Numbered from the stretch's first letter, positions 26,618-43,753 are shown. The stretch is 64,000 bases of DNA from Octopus vulgaris (GCA_951406725.2 OX597815.1:69502001-69566000), one strand, 5' to 3'. Program-made: numbers and translations. The notes: generated by a model from the sequence alone, not told the origin.

Positions 26618-27321
26618 TACATAGATGATTATTTTATGTATATATGTATGTAATGCATGCAAAAGCCTACTTCTACGTCTAAGTCGTGGATCCTGGGAAA
26701 CGATCAAGTAGGGAATCGCTTTCTAGGGTGAAGTACAGTCAGGCCTTCGCTGACTTCGAGCCGCTACTGTAGATGTGAAAGCCTGTCAAGAACTTCGAAA
26801 CGGTAGGCTGAATGAGCTTTGGTACCGCCGTTTAGGCTGGCTTGAAGGTGATCCCTAAAAGATCAGGGTTTTGGCAGCACGATACAGCTCTATTTTTCAA
26901 GACCGCCTGTCTCAACCACGTGATGAGCCGTGGAGGTCTTGGACCGAAGTGCGTGAGCATCGGATACGTGAACCGTCATCCACCCTAATGAAAAACACGT
27001 GAATGGAACATCTGGAACATGATGCTCTCTAACCATCAAGGTGGTGCCGGATGAACCAAACTTGGACACGAGTAGTGCCGACGACGTATATTATGCATTC
27101 CCGTATGTGTGCATACATATAAGTGTATGTATGTATGTATGTATGTATGTATGTATGAACGTTAACCATATCGATCTTTTTTAGTTTGGGAGTGATCATG
27201 TTGATCATTGGCCAAGCTCCAACACTGATTAATTAGCAGAAATATATACAAACATCTACAGAGTATGTATGTATGTAGGTAGGTAGGTAGGTAGATAGGT
27301 AGGTAGGTATGAATGAAATGC

Positions 27322-27379
<58 letters not shown>

Positions 27380-27947
27380 TAAGATCCAGGGATCAAGATG
27401 TATAAGGAAAGTAAGCTTCGAGCAGGCTGTAGAGGATATAAAAAACAACTTTCAGGAACAATAGTGGTTTAGTGACATAGAAGATATACATTTTTCCTGT
27501 GACGAAGTTCAATAAACTGAAAACATTGTTTTACAGCTTATGGTTAGCAGCAGGTGTTACTGTGTATGCGAATAGAAATCCCAAAGTAGGAAATGGAGCA
27601 GATAAAATCCAGCGTATATATTTCAATATGGCCCGACGAGTAGCTAGTGGATTACACCTCGTTTGGATAATTACTATTTCCGAGGTTCTGGTAGCTATGA
27701 AGCATAAATATCCTGGATTTTATCTGCTCCATTCCCTAATTTTGGATTTATATATAGGCTGTGCTTTCTTGAATGGAAGTGAACAACTTTCTTCATGTGA
27801 TCGGCTTGAAAAATTGTTAAGACACTAGGATGATATTTTCTTATTTTTCTCATCATGAAACCAATGGAACCCTTAATTCACAAATAAAGAAATTATATCC
27901 ACCAATGCGGTGTCGAGCACTCATTTTCCTCGTTCGACATGTTCGTA

Positions 27948-28061
<114 letters not shown>

Positions 28062-28473
28062 CGTGCATGTATATAATATATGCATATATGTATACAATAG
28101 AACTGACAGAAAATACTTCAGATGAATGTTCTATATCATAAAGAAAAAAAATGATTATTGAGTTCATATATATACCTAAAACCAAACTAAATAATTTTCT
28201 AGGCCTTCCACCCCACAGCCGTACGTTTCAGTAATCCCCACCCTTCCTGTATATTTCCTGGAGGCGTCAACTTCGGTACTGAATGAACGTCAACCATATC
28301 GATCTTTTTTAGTTTGGGAGTGATCATATTGATCATTGGCCAAGCTCCAACACTGATTAATTAGCAGAAATATATACAAACATCTACAGAGTTCTTCCAC
28401 GCTCTACACACACATACACGCGCGCACGCACGCGCACACTCACACACAGACAAATGTATATATATATGCTACA

Positions 28474-28532
<59 letters not shown>

Positions 28533-28622
28533 TTATATATATACATAAACATAAATATATGTATATATATATACACGCATATATATATACATACATATAT
28601 ATATATATATATATACACAGAG

Positions 28623-28673
<51 letters not shown>

Positions 28674-28975
28674 TATACACACACACACACATACACATAT
28701 ATATATATACATATACACACACAGATATATGCTTAGATATATGCATAACTAGGCATGTGTTAAGTGACTAGCCTCTGATGACTAATTGGTACTAATCAGA
28801 GCTAAGATCAATATCTTAATTACAATGAATGAAAATAGACTACAGTCTTACAGGCGGTAGACGATGCTAACGTTCGTTCACATGCAAGCATGTTAAATGC
28901 ACACATACACACACATACGCTCGCGCGCACACGCGCATGCACATACACGTACACACAAGTAGACACACATATGTA

Positions 28976-29020
<45 letters not shown>

Positions 29021-29058
29021 CATATATATATATATGTACATGTACATATATATATATG

Positions 29059-29102
<44 letters not shown>

Positions 29103-29103
29103 C

Positions 29104-29137
<34 letters not shown>

Positions 29138-29559
29138 GCAAAAATTAGGATATTTATATAAGTCGAGGATAAATTATGCAAATATAAAGAGAGTGGCATG
29201 GTAAGAGAGGAACAATGACATTGCATCGAATGCAAATATGTATATAGTTTCAAACTTGTGAGAGAAGAGTAATATAATGATATACTTAGAGAGTGAGGCG
29301 GAGTGGAGGAGGAAAAGACATAGTTCTTCAATGGTCAGTGAGTCAAGTGGTTGCCTCTACTACCTAATTACTATCTCTATCTATCTTCCAAAACATTTTA
29401 AGTGTATTTTAGTAATTACATTAGTAGCAGTCAACAATTGACAATCCTCCTGCAAATATTGAATTCCAAAATAAAGTCCCAGAACGAACATGTGTGTGTG
29501 TGTGTGTGTGTAAGTGTATGTGTGTGTAAATGTATGTGCGTGTATAAATACAATAAATA

Positions 29560-30260
<701 letters not shown>

Positions 30261-30661
30261 AGCTCGGTCTTATTCTTTAATTGGCTGTACCAATGGGCCA
30301 AAGGAGAGAAGAAAAGATATTTATGTCTGATAGCAACTGCTTATGTACCTGAAAATGAAAATATGCATTGAAAGTACAATACAAGTTACGGAGCCATATT
30401 CGTTCGCAAGCAACGACTGGCCCAAAACATACAAAGAGATGTGCTCACTACACGTACAGTAAAGACAATAGATAAATCACCCAAACAGACGCCTACTTAC
30501 AAACACTCCTACAAAACTTACACAGTATTTTGCACGTGTGTTATAGAGACGTCATCATCGTTATTAATCTTTCCAGACGCGGAAACAGAAACAAATACTC
30601 TTATCATACATTCATACTCACACTCACATGCATTCTCTCCACACCTCATTCTCGCCACCTC

Positions 30662-30716
<55 letters not shown>

Positions 30717-30927
30717 GATTCAAATTTTCTCACAAGGGCAGCAATTTTGGGAGAGGAGATGAGTCGATTGCATTAACCCCAGTGTTCAACTGGTACTTCA
30801 TTTATCGACCCTGAAAGGATGAAAGGCAAAGTAAATCTCGGCGGAATTGGAACTCAGAATGTAAGGACGGACGAAATGCCGCTAAACATTTCGCTCTGCG
30901 TTCTAACGATTCTGCCAACCCACCGCC

Positions 30928-31033
<106 letters not shown>

Positions 31034-31156
31034 TAATAATAATAATACATCTAGTGATGGTGTCACAATAAAAACACTGGTAATTGCGCAACCAGATAAT
31101 CACTACCTCATATGAATGAAAATGAAAAACAAAATATTGTGAATAACGGTGGTATA

Positions 31157-31566
31157 GGCGCAGGAGTGGCTGTGTGGTAATTAGCTTGTTTACCAACCAC
31201 ATGGGATCGGGTTCAGTCCCACTGCGTGGCACCTTGGGCAAGTGTCTTCTACTATAGCCTCGGGCCGACCAATGCCTTGTGAGTGGATTTGGTAGACGGA
31301 AACTGAAAGAAGCCCGTCGTATATATGTATATATATGCGTGTCTGTGTTTGTGTGTCTGTGTTTTTCCCCCTAGCATTGCTTGACAACCGATGCTGGTGT
31401 GTTTATGTCCCCGTTACTTAGCGGTTCGGCAAAAGAGACCGATAGAATAAGTACTGGGCTTACAAAAGAATAAGTCCCGGTGTCGAGTTGCTCGATTAAA
31501 GGTGGTGCTCCAGCATGGCCGCAGTCAAATGACTGAAACAAGTAAAAGAGTAAAAGAGTAAAGAGT
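31157..31566 (+). mobile_element. SINE family 1, full-length tRNA-derived SINE; other copies ~14989-15125(-), 18362-18625(-), 24203-24697(+), 25565-25850(+), 44135-44280(-), 49562-49911(-)
   Basis: A box tggctgtgtgg, B box ggttcagtccc, accttgggcaagtg core, internal microsatellite, (taaaagag)n tail; multiple homologous copies in the window. Confidence 0.9.
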
Positions 31567-31754
31567 AATGAAATTGAAGCCATTGATGGTAACAGTGTTG
31601 CACCCGGTAGGCTCAGAGATTTTGGTCCGACTCCCGTTTTTCGATATCCAGAAAAGGACCACTATACACGGCGTAGATGGACCAAGCAAATTAATGTTGT
31701 GGTCATAGAGTGTTACTACCTTTAGATGAAAATGGTGCTCAATTTAGGGGTTAC

Positions 31755-32415
31755 CAACAACGTGATAAGTGCAGATTTTATGGACAAAATGGTGAAACCG
31801 TATGGCATATTACCTGTCAATGTACGCCACTAGCCCAGAAGGAATATAAGAGATGCCACGACAATATAGTAAGGCTTGTCCATTGGACACTTTGCAACAA
31901 CTTGACAGAGCAAAAAATTGGTACAACCACAAACTCGAAGGCATCATCAAAAATGATAAAGCAAATATCCTGTGGGATTTTATGATTCAGAGCGACCATG
32001 AGATAGAGAATAGGAAGCCAGACATAGTCTTAATTGAAAAAGAAAACAAACTATGCTGGATCATAGATATAGCATGCCCAGGTGACAACAAAGTATGCGA
32101 TAAGGAAGAAAAAAGGTCGATAGATATGACAAGTTAGCTCGGGAAGTTAAGCAGTTGTGGTCTGGTCGATGAAAAAGGTGGTAGTGGTACCAATAATTGC
32201 CGGAGCCCTGGGAACAGTGAGTAAAATTCTTGAGAAGTATATGGAAAATATAGGCGCTGCAATAAGGGTGGAGCACTTGCAGAAAACAGCACTGCTTGGT
32301 ACCGCTCGAATACTCTGGAAGGTGTTCAAAAAATAAGAGGTATTACCTTAGTTCACTGGTAGTGAACAGCTGACACCGTAGTACATCTCCAGCGTTAGAA
32401 ACTGTGCAAAGGCAA
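31755..32415 (+). pseudogene. 3' end of R4/Dong-like non-LTR retrotransposon (CCHC knuckle + RLE), ending in (TGA/TAA)n
   Basis: CRFYGQNGETVWHITCQC..CHDNIV and ILWDFMIQSDHEIENRKPDIVLIEK..IIDIACP, VVPIIAGALG; trinucleotide tail. Confidence 0.88.
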
Positions 32416-32976
<561 letters not shown>

Positions 32977-33978
32977 AGGTAATGAATGCCCTGATGCAGT
33001 ACCAGGCAGTGGCTCTAATAGCTTCTGATTTTAACTGATTGGAAGTGTTATCATGCACATTGTTTTGTCTTGGTATAAAAGATGGGCTACAGGAAATATT
33101 CTCCTAAATACCTTAACCAGTTGATCATATCCCTTAGTGGCTGACGGTATGTGCATCTCTGATCACGAGTAGAAGTAGTGGGGGAGCATCATAGCCATGT
33201 GTTGAAAGGAATTCTTTGCGGAAACATGGATGTTTCGTTCAACATCTTTTAACAGCCCTTATTCAGGTACTTTATGAACAGGATGAAGAAAATTCTAGCT
33301 GGTCTCCACCTGCAAGGTCATACGCTGTTTACCTTGATATGAGATCACCACGTCGCGCACATATGCTTGTGATGCATGTGCATAGTGTACTCTTATCGGA
33401 CGGGTAGTCATGATGAGTATACTGGGCTTCGTATATTTTACCCCAGTGTCACTTTGATGGCATGCACTGTTCTCTCACTCAATTATAGTAATAATAATTT
33501 CTTTTATTTGCCACCAGGGGCATCGATGTGGTGGAGTGGGGGGACAATAATGACATGCATAATTCATAAACCACGTAATCTCCTGCTTCTGTCTTTCCCA
33601 CATATGTACTATAGTGACCTAGAAACGAACCCAAACATACCTACGTATACCATGTATGTGTATACAAAATTAAAATAGAACTGCGGCGCCTGTACAATAA
33701 GACACATAGACACAAAGAGACGCACACACAGACTCACACACACACACATAAACACACACGCAGACACGCAAACAAACACGCGTGCGCACACCCAAGTGCG
33801 CGTGCAGACATGCACATGCCCGTGAATTCTCATACATATATATTATTGTATTTGGGGATGATCATGTTGCCAATTTAGCCAATGGAAACACGCACTATAT
33901 ATGAACATCCACAAATACAACAATATCTGTTTCAACAGACGAATTCACATCGAGAATCTTGCAAAACGAATATATAAA

Positions 33979-34021
<43 letters not shown>

Positions 34022-34123
34022 TTAATCCAAACATGAAAACACAAAGAGAAAACACAACAACGCGAGGACGTGGAACAAGTATAGTATTATTGGACGCTCA
34101 GGAAAGAAGGAAAGAAGGGGGGG

Positions 34124-34158
34124 GTTTAACATTTCGAGCGGAGCTCTTCGTCAGAAAC
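34124..34158 (-). ncRNA. Minimal type I hammerhead in solo Neptune-like pLTR (~34020-34230)
   Basis: GTTT-CTGACGA-a-GAGC tcc GCTC-GAAATGTT-AAAC; stem I GTTT/AAAC. Confidence 0.72.
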
Positions 34159-34272
34159 ATAGGAAAAGGAAAGATCCAAAGAAGGGAAGACGGAGGAAAA
34201 AAATCGTCAGCGATACACACGCGGTCACATTTTGAATCAAATATATATACATATGTATGTATGTATGTATGT

Positions 34273-34307
<35 letters not shown>

Positions 34308-34356
34308 CATATATATACATATATATATATACATATATATATACATATATATATAC

Positions 34357-34400
<44 letters not shown>

Positions 34401-35734
34401 ACTCAGACATTTCCAAGATGCACATACAATTAGTCATAAAGGCGACACAGACAGACTGACAGTCACTGCATTAGAACCAATTAAGACAATTGAAGACTTT
34501 ATATCCATATATATATATATATATATATGCACACACACACAAACACACATTCATATATACGCATGCATAGACGCGTATATAGACGAGCAAACATACTCCC
34601 AACAAAACCAGATACGCAATGAAGCACAAATAATGGGAAAACATTGTATATATTCACTATATATACATGATTATATATACATAATAAGTACATACGTGTG
34701 TGTGTGTGAGTGTATGTGTGCGTGTGTGTGTGTGTGTGTATCTTTGTGTGTGTACGTATATGTATATATATATATATATATACACACATATATATCAATA
34801 TGTTTATATAAGTATGTGTGTGTGTATGTATTTATGTATGTCTGTATATGTGTGTGTGTGAGTATAAATATACCTAGATATATTTACACAGATATACTAC
34901 ATTGTGCAGCTATATATGTACAAACAGTATGTATTTGTTTATGCGTGTGTAACTGCGCGTGCGCATGTGTGTGAGTCAGTGAGTTTGTGTGTGGGCGTGT
35001 GTGTGTGCGTGTGCGTCCTTGAGTGTATAAGAGAGGGAAAGAAATAGAGAGAGAGCGCGGAGGCGATATTGAGTCACAAAAATTGTTATATACCTCCATA
35101 CATAAATATTTATCAATATGTATGTGAATCTATATATATACACATATACATATGTGTGTGTGTATATATATAAATAGACATATATATATATATACATACA
35201 CACATATATATATATATGTGTGTGTGTGTGTGTAAATGTATGTATATGTATATATAGAAACACTCACGCATACATATGGAAATATTTGTACCCACAAAAC
35301 AAACATACAGGCGTTTAATGAAATTATCACAAATAACCAGCTAAACATTTACACACACATACTCACATGAATCTATTTAAAGACGCATACATTCACTTAC
35401 ACATACACACACAAATACATACATACATTTACACACACTACATATATTTATATAGAAATGTGGAACAATATATTTATAAAAGCTTCAAATGGTGCAATTA
35501 AAATGGTCGAAAAAGAAGAATATAAATTTATCTTCTGAATATAAATTAATCTTGAGAACATCTTATTTCATCTGTGGATATATAGAAGAGTATATGCACG
35601 CGTGCATATGTGACTGTGTCTGTGTATGTGAGTGAGTGTGTGTGTATGTATAACATGTATATATTATATATATATTTGTGTGTATGTGTGCATGTTTATG
35701 TTTATATATGTATATAACTTATAGTATATAAATT

Positions 35735-35820
<86 letters not shown>

Positions 35821-36001
35821 TACTTATATATATTAATACTATTGATGCTACACATACAAACACGCGTATATGATGCTGGTATTTGTTTGTATACGCGTAT
35901 GTATATATATACGAATTCATTTCCATTTCCCATATATCTAGTTTTATTTAGTTGTCTTTATGTATATATCGCCAGCCGTTGTAATTAACGTTATATATGT
36001 G

Positions 36002-36035
<34 letters not shown>

Positions 36036-36067
36036 TGTATGTATGTATGTATGTATGTATGTATGTT

Positions 36068-36126
<59 letters not shown>

Positions 36127-36713
36127 AGAGAGAGAGAGAGAAATGGAAAGAGAGAGGGAAATAGATAGACAGATAAAACAAGTTATATAACATAGATATA
36201 ATGCATATGTGTGTATATGTATGAATGTATGTAAGTACATACACACAGACTTAGTAGTACAAACGTACAAATTTGTTTGGCAGAGGTAGATTGTGATATA
36301 TGTACCTCTAGTGAACATTTCGTCATTTTTGTGGCAGCGCGGTGACTCGAACCTAGTTCTTCAGATTAGGAGTTTGCTTTTGTCAACAACCGTCAGAGAG
36401 ATTGACGTCTACAGATGTGTCTACGTCATTACCTTTGGACCAACTAAATGGCGACCCAACTTTTTCATTAATCCACTCGCACTGGCGCTACAGTACTTCT
36501 TCACATTTGGACCAACCGCTCAGAGGTAACTGGCATTCACAGACACGTTTCGGTCTTTACCATTCGCGCTACTGAGTAACTTAGACCGTTCCAATCTCAT
36601 CAGGTCTCTCTGGTCACTGAGGAGAGCAGCTGAATAGACCAGTTAATCATGAGCAAATTTGGGTTGATAACTATGTAAAGAAACTATAATTGCTTCGAAC
36701 TTCACGCACAAAT

Positions 36714-36760
<47 letters not shown>

Positions 36761-38368
36761 CACAGTGTCCCCCGTGAACACACAGACGAAACTCCGGAGC
36801 TGCAAGACTAACTAGACCAAAATATAAAATCATTCATCTCTGCGATGGCATAGAGTGCTCTTTATTCCGACAGGCAACACTGTGCATACATATCTACACT
36901 GTCTAGAATATTCTTAATTCCATTATTAATATGTTTTTATCAAGTATGGTTTTCATGATACTTTTATTATTGAAGTGTTCAACTACGTGATTCAGTTAGG
37001 AAACTAAATTTAAATAAGTTTCTTCTAGAAATATAAAGGTTGCCCAAATATTTTAACGCTACTTTCTACAGACCTACCAGCAAAAATTATGAATTTAATC
37101 CAGCGTCAGCTAAATTATGTTAATTCCTTCCATATTTGTTGCGTCTTGCAGAAGAAATAGAAAGCTTAAGAAAAATTGTTTTAATATACTTACATCAATT
37201 GTACCAAATATTAAATGATCTCATTGTCTTTCAACAAATGTATTTTATTGTTGAGTACAAATGTTAAAATAAAATAAAATAAAACAAATAATCAGTACAG
37301 GAAACTGTTACAGTACATGATAAGGACTATAATATCAAATGTGTTATATATTTTTGAGACTTAATTCCTTTGCTGAGACCACCTACTGGTTTTGTTATCG
37401 TAGTTCATATGAGGTACGAATAGAAAAAATTCCTATCTCTGGACATCTGTAATTGTGTGTTTATATAGATTATTAATGCTAAAATGTACACACAAACACA
37501 TACACACGCACGTTCACACGCACACACGCACACATATGTATACATATACTAAAATGAGAGATTTTACACGGCTAACTAAAGTCCACATAATACCTGATTT
37601 CTTCATAAATTCTAACACTATCTTTGAGAGCGTCGTATTACTCTAAATTTATTAACTGAGCAAGTGTGTGCTATTAGACAAAGGATACAAAGGAAATTAG
37701 ATGCAACTTATCAGGAAAATTACACAAATTGGGACTCAAGTGTGTGGATATTATTCAACGACCAACAGAAAACCACCCGGCGGGCATTGTTTCTATTACT
37801 ATAGAGAATTGATGTATAAACATCAAAGACTAAAACCACGTTAATTAAGAGCTCAATTAATAACGAGCAGTTAAACTCCAATATATTATTACATTGTAGT
37901 AAATCCAACTGGGATACAAACACAAATTATGTGTGTGTGAATGTATGAGCATGCAGGTGTGCGTATGTGGAAGTGTGTGTGCGCGCGCACGTGTGCTTGT
38001 GTATGTATTCTCAAATTTGAAGCCTTCACTCTATTGAGTTTCTGTGCAAAACACAGTATATTCTATATTTATCTACATGTGAATAATAAGCACCAATGGA
38101 CGAGCGTTCTCTCCAGGATAAAATTTATCTATCATCCGTTTTGAACATGTTTGTATTGCATTTATATTTTATCGATTTGTGTGTGTTGTTTCTGTGCGTA
38201 TATATAAATATATATACAAGAGACTGTAGGGTTAAATATAAAAAGCTGAACAAATCAGTGTACATAAAGGAATGTACATAAAAAAGTGTACATAAAAGAG
38301 TAATGTTGTATAAGTAGAATATATATAAAAGAGAATATAAATATAAGTAAATATAAATATAAGTATAG

Positions 38369-38526
38369 ATTACATCTTACAGCTGTTTCGGCCATGTAGA
38401 TAAGTATGTCTCATTTTACCAATATTAGCCTTTTATGGTAGGTCAATATATAGTAGGTACAATATATAGAGATATAAATGAGACATTTACAAAAATATTA
38501 TAAGGCCTCTTCGGAGATTATGTAAT
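38369..38526 (-). ncRNA. Hammerhead-like motif (CCGAAGA core, long stem II) in inverted pLTR of family B
   Basis: Reverse complement of 43754-43893 with a short internal duplication in loop II. Confidence 0.7.
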
Positions 38527-39316
38527 ATAAATCAGTCTACATATATACCCACATGAGTGTGGGTACATACCCATAATACAACATATACATATACATATGA
38601 GTGCATATACTCACTCATATACATATAAAAATATTCATATACATAATGATATAAATAAATAATATAAATTAGTAAACATATATATGTGTTCCACCTTCAA
38701 TGTCTCAGTTTTTCGACTTAATATTGTGATAATAAACATACACAAATTAGTACCTAGATGCAAATATACATAATCAATAGTACATTATATTACTTCATAC
38801 TAATTTCTAAAGTGTCATTAAAGTTAGAATCATTATCGTTGTCAATACCATTAATGCTACCATTATTATCATTCATAATATTATTAATAATGCTTACATT
38901 AGGATCCAGAATGGCACATATGTATGTCCGGAGGCCTTATGATATTTTTGTAAATGTCTCATTTATATCTATATATTGACCTACCATAAAAGGCTTGTAT
39001 TAGTAATTTGTGGTAAATCATTTTACCTTTGCCCATATAATACAGTAAATGAATCAATTGCATCGCAATCATTAACATTTATGTATTAACTTTGTTGGGT
39101 ACTTCACTAGCAGTATTTTGGATATATATTATCCCATGGAGGGTTGCATTTACAACCCCTATCTCAATTTGTAACTATAGTTAACTTTCTGAGGAATATG
39201 AATTGCTAATACTTGTATACTTGAAGCATCCACTCATTACTCTAAGTACTGACAGTGTATGTGAATACACCCAAGTATAGTACATTTATTCCTGAAAGAT
39301 CATCACTGCTGGTAAA

Positions 39317-41829
39317 ATGGAGAAAATTCTAATCAATTCATCAATGAAGGATGTACCTATCCCTACTAAGGACCACTACACCAAAGAGCTAATTTATAGA
39401 ATTAATGAGTTCATTCACAGGATAAGATGGAAGATTTTTCACCACGAAAACAGTGATAGCAAAATAAACCAAGAATGTAGGAACGCGGCCACCCGCAATG
39501 GTACAGGAAATACCTATGAGGAAATAATCAAATTAACTGGCAACACATTTAAATCTAGGAAATCTCTACCACCAAATAAACACCTGGAAAACTTTGAACA
39601 GGAATTATGGGACACCATCAAGAATATAAAATTTAAAAACCACCCATTGAGGAATAACCCGCACCAGAGGAGGTTAAAGGAACTAATAAGAACTACTAAG
39701 GGTAAGGATGGTATTTTAACCCATTCTGATAAAACTAGTAACATTTATAATATTGACATCCTCACATACCATGAACTATTGCGTAAAGAAATTACAAAGA
39801 AGTATAAAACTGTACCTTTCAATACACTTAGGGAACTAAACTTAGAGGTAAGGGATATAATGTTTGATTATTATCTGGAAGATAAAACCGAACCTTATAC
39901 CCCCATGAGACCGAGAATTACACTTAAAGACCACAAGGAAAACTTCCTTGGTAACACTCAGGTCAGACTGATTTGCCCTACCAAGTCAGACTTAGGTAAA
40001 TTGAGTAAGCTTATTCTGGACAAATACTTACCAACTATACGTAACAAGATTAAACTCAGCCTATGGAAAAACACCCAGGGTACATTGGATTGGTTCTCTA
40101 CAATTCAGGTTAGTGATAACAGTAGCAATAAATTTATCCAATTTGATATACAAAATTACTACTCCTCCATTAACCCTATTATACTAAATAAGGCTTTAAT
40201 TTTTGCTAGGAAACATACCAACTTAAGTATGGGGGAGATAAAGGTTATCTTAACAGCTAGAAAAACATTAATAGAGCTTGATAACAAACTATGGGCTAGA
40301 AAAGACACACCCAATTTATTTGACATCACCATGGGCTCGCCGGATTCAGCGGAAGTGACGGATCTAGTGGGGATGTATCTACTCGATAACCTTAATAGAG
40401 AATTCCCTGAATTAAAGGGCGGACTATATAGGGACGACGCTTTATTTCTAGTCAGAAACACATCTAATAGGAGGCTAGAATTACTGAAAAAATGACTACA
40501 TAATTTTTAAAAAAGTTTTGGCTTATCCATATTTATTGAAAATGAAAATTACTCTGCCAATTATTTAGATGTCAATTTCAACCTTACTAATGGAATGCAT
40601 GAACCGTATATTAATCCTAATTCTAACTTAGTATATATAAACCACTCTAGCAATCACCCCCCTCAAATTAAAAAGTCACTGGTACGAAGTATTAGTCAGA
40701 GAATCTCTTATCTATCCTCAAACGAGGACGTATTCAATAAGCATTGTGAAAAATACAACACGGCATTGCTGAAGGCAGGCTACATAAATAAAATTTGGTA
40801 TATACCCAATAATAATCCTTCGAACACGGGTGGAACTATTAGGAGTAGGGATATTAACAATAGACATAGTAACATTGATAATATATATATGATAATAGTG
40901 GAGTTCATCTAAACAATAATAATAAGAAGAATAAGAATAACAATAAAGTCACTAATAAAACCAATCTAAAGGGGAATTCTAGGCACTATATTGACAATAC
41001 TAAGGGTAGAAAGCATATGAGTTGGAAGAATAATAGGGTTTTTCCCAAGAATAACAATTTGAGGAGTAATCCACATAGTGATGACGATAAACTATGGCTA
41101 ATAATACCATATGCAATGCAGATTAAAACGGATATAGTCAGAACAATACATAAAGTTATATATAGACTATTTACTAAGGGTAAGAATAAATTTAGCCAAA
41201 TAATTAACAATAGAACTATCAGAATAGGATATAGTACCACGAATAATCTAGCCACCATCATCTCCTCCTTCAACAACAAGAAATTGGATTGCTTCTATAA
41301 TGATAGAAAGATAAACATGGGTAGTAGTGAAAATAAGTGCAATAATATCAACAGGAATAGGGCCACGGGGATTTCTGCCAGGGTTAAATTTCCTCAATCT
41401 GTTAATGGCTGCAATTGCAGAAGCAAGAATCAATGTGTGTTTGGTAATAAATGCCTGAGGAGAGAGGTGGTTTACCAATGCACTGTAAATACACAATATA
41501 ATAGCAGGGTGTACATTGGTGCGACTAAAAATAGTATAAAACAACGGCTAAACTATCATAGATATACTTTTAAAAATAAAAATAGGATGAACTCTACGGC
41601 GTCAAGTACATATATCTGGGAACTCAAGAGTAAGAACATAGATTTTAAATTAGATTGGGAAATACTAACATCTGCACCTGTATACAATAGTAGAAATAAA
41701 AAATGCTCTTTATGTATCAATGAAATTTTCTTCATCATCAAAGCCGGCCAACCCATTATTAACAGCATTAATGAGCAAAATTTTGTTTGCCTTCACAAAT
41801 TGGCATACACTTTCTCTAGATTTAAATAA
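39317..41829 (+). pseudogene. PLE RT + GIY-YIG ORF disrupted by TGA (40493), TAA (40508) and a 2-nt AT insertion (~40885)
   Basis: SMKDVPIP, SDKTSNIY, TLKDHK, QFDIQNYY, MGS, LYRDD, NYLDV, SNHPP, CNCRSKNQCVFGNKC, VVY..YIG..R, CSLC..E..N. Confidence 0.93.
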
Positions 41830-43753
41830 CATCTAATTCCTCTACCAGTAACCTTTTAGCATTCATCTATATAGGACTGTACTATTGGTCCTTACAATTT
41901 ATAATTTATAACTTTTGTGTCTCCATGTATGTGTTCTACATTGATTGTTTCTGTCCCGACTGAAAAAATATATAGTTATTCTGATATATGCATGATATTC
42001 AGAACCCCACAGAGTCTTTTATCGGTGTAAGGTGTATATACGCATCATATCTTAGGGCACTAGTTTGAGTTTTTGCTATACAAATATGTAATATGTGAGA
42101 GTCTATAATTACTATAAGTTGTTTATCTCGATGAGCATATAAGGTGTTTTTTTTTACGGTTGGTTTGTTGGGACTTGTGGGATTTCTGCGGCACAGGCGT
42201 GGGCTCGGATGGCGCTGCACCTGAGTTTATGCGCCCGCGCATGTGCATCAACGTGTGCACTCTCGCGCACTGTGCTTGCGGACATTCGCGTGTACTTGTA
42301 CGCGTGTTCTGGTGTGCATCTTGGTGATCGTGTGCGCGAGAGGGACGTGTGTGGGTGTGCCCGGCCATGAATTCGCGTGTCCGTGAGAGGGCGTGCATGC
42401 ACATGTATGTGCATGTGGGTGCATTCCGGCGTATCCACTTATACTTACTATATTAGGCTTATCTTTGTGCCCTCCTTAATTTGTATTCCATTTTATTTAT
42501 CTATTTATCTATACATGGATATATATATATATATTTATATTTATTTATTTAATTATTTATTTTTATTTTTGTTTATTTGGCACTTACTAATCTATAATTA
42601 ATTTAATTTATAATTAATGAACTTATATCTAAATTAATAGTAACTTCTGTTTACTTTTTGTGTATGTATATATACGTCTTTGGATGGGCAGACATATATT
42701 TTAATTTATGATTTAGTGGATGTGGGTTGAGGTGTCGAGGTGTGTGAAAATGTGGATGTGTACGTATGTATGTTTTTGTACATATAGGTATGATCGTGGG
42801 TGGATGTACGGATGTATGTTTTTATTACACATACGAGCACGCAGGTGCGTATTTGGATATGTATATATGTATATGCGAATATTTATTCATGGGTGGATAT
42901 AAATATAGGTTATATTTGTACGTATGAGTGCGCAGATATATATTTAAATATATATATACGTGTGTGCGAATGTTCCCTGACACAGTATATGAGAGTGTAT
43001 TAATATTTATGCGTATATGCGGATGTGCGTGTGAGTGTGTGTGTTAGTGTTAGACACTGCTGCCTGTACTGATTTGTCTATAAGCCATTCGATGACAGAC
43101 ATGCACTCTGCAATTTAGTGAATGTGTAGCGATGTGTCGGGGTGTATTCATGTGTGTGTGCATGTGTGTGTGAGTTTCTGTGTGGATGTGTGGGTTTAGG
43201 GTTAGATGTGGATGTGTATGTTTTGCTTGTGCGGTGTGGTGGAGGTCGGGCGGCTCTCAATTGACCAACCGTGAGGAAGATAATGATAATTTTAAATTCA
43301 AATCCAATAGAGTATTTATGTCATAAGGAAAATTACTAATTGGAACCCGGACATACATATGTGCCATTCTGGATCCTAATGTAAGCGTTATTAATAATAT
43401 TATGAATGATAATAATGGTAGCATTAATGGTATTGACAACGATAATGATGCTAACTTTAATGACACTTTAGAAATTAGTATGAAGTAATATAATGTACTA
43501 TTGACTATGTATATTTGCATCTAGGTACTAATTTGTGTATGTTTATTATCACAATATTAAGTCGAAAAACTGAGACATTGAAGGTGGAACACATATATAT
43601 GTTTACTAATTTATATTATTTATTTATATCATTATGTATATGTATATTTTTATATGTATAGGAGTGTGAGTATATGCACTCATATGTATATGTATATGTT
43701 GTATTATGGGTATGTACCCACACTCATGTGGGTATATATGTAGACTGATTTAT

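Noticed and set aside
26660-27090. GC-richer island, possible LINE fragment or exon
   Set aside because: No convincing motif or ORF by eye; left unclassified
33901-34974. 357 aa ORF as a host gene
   Set aside because: Composed of microsatellites and the antisense of a solo pLTR
38758-38979. Hydrophobic 73-87 aa ORF duplicated at 43257-43520
   Set aside because: Antisense AT-rich frame within the pLTR; duplicated only because the pLTR is duplicated
40493-40510. In-frame TGA as selenocysteine (as in Naiad PLEs)
   Set aside because: A TAA follows 5 codons later, TGA fits CGA decay, the EN is C-terminal and no SECIS is evident
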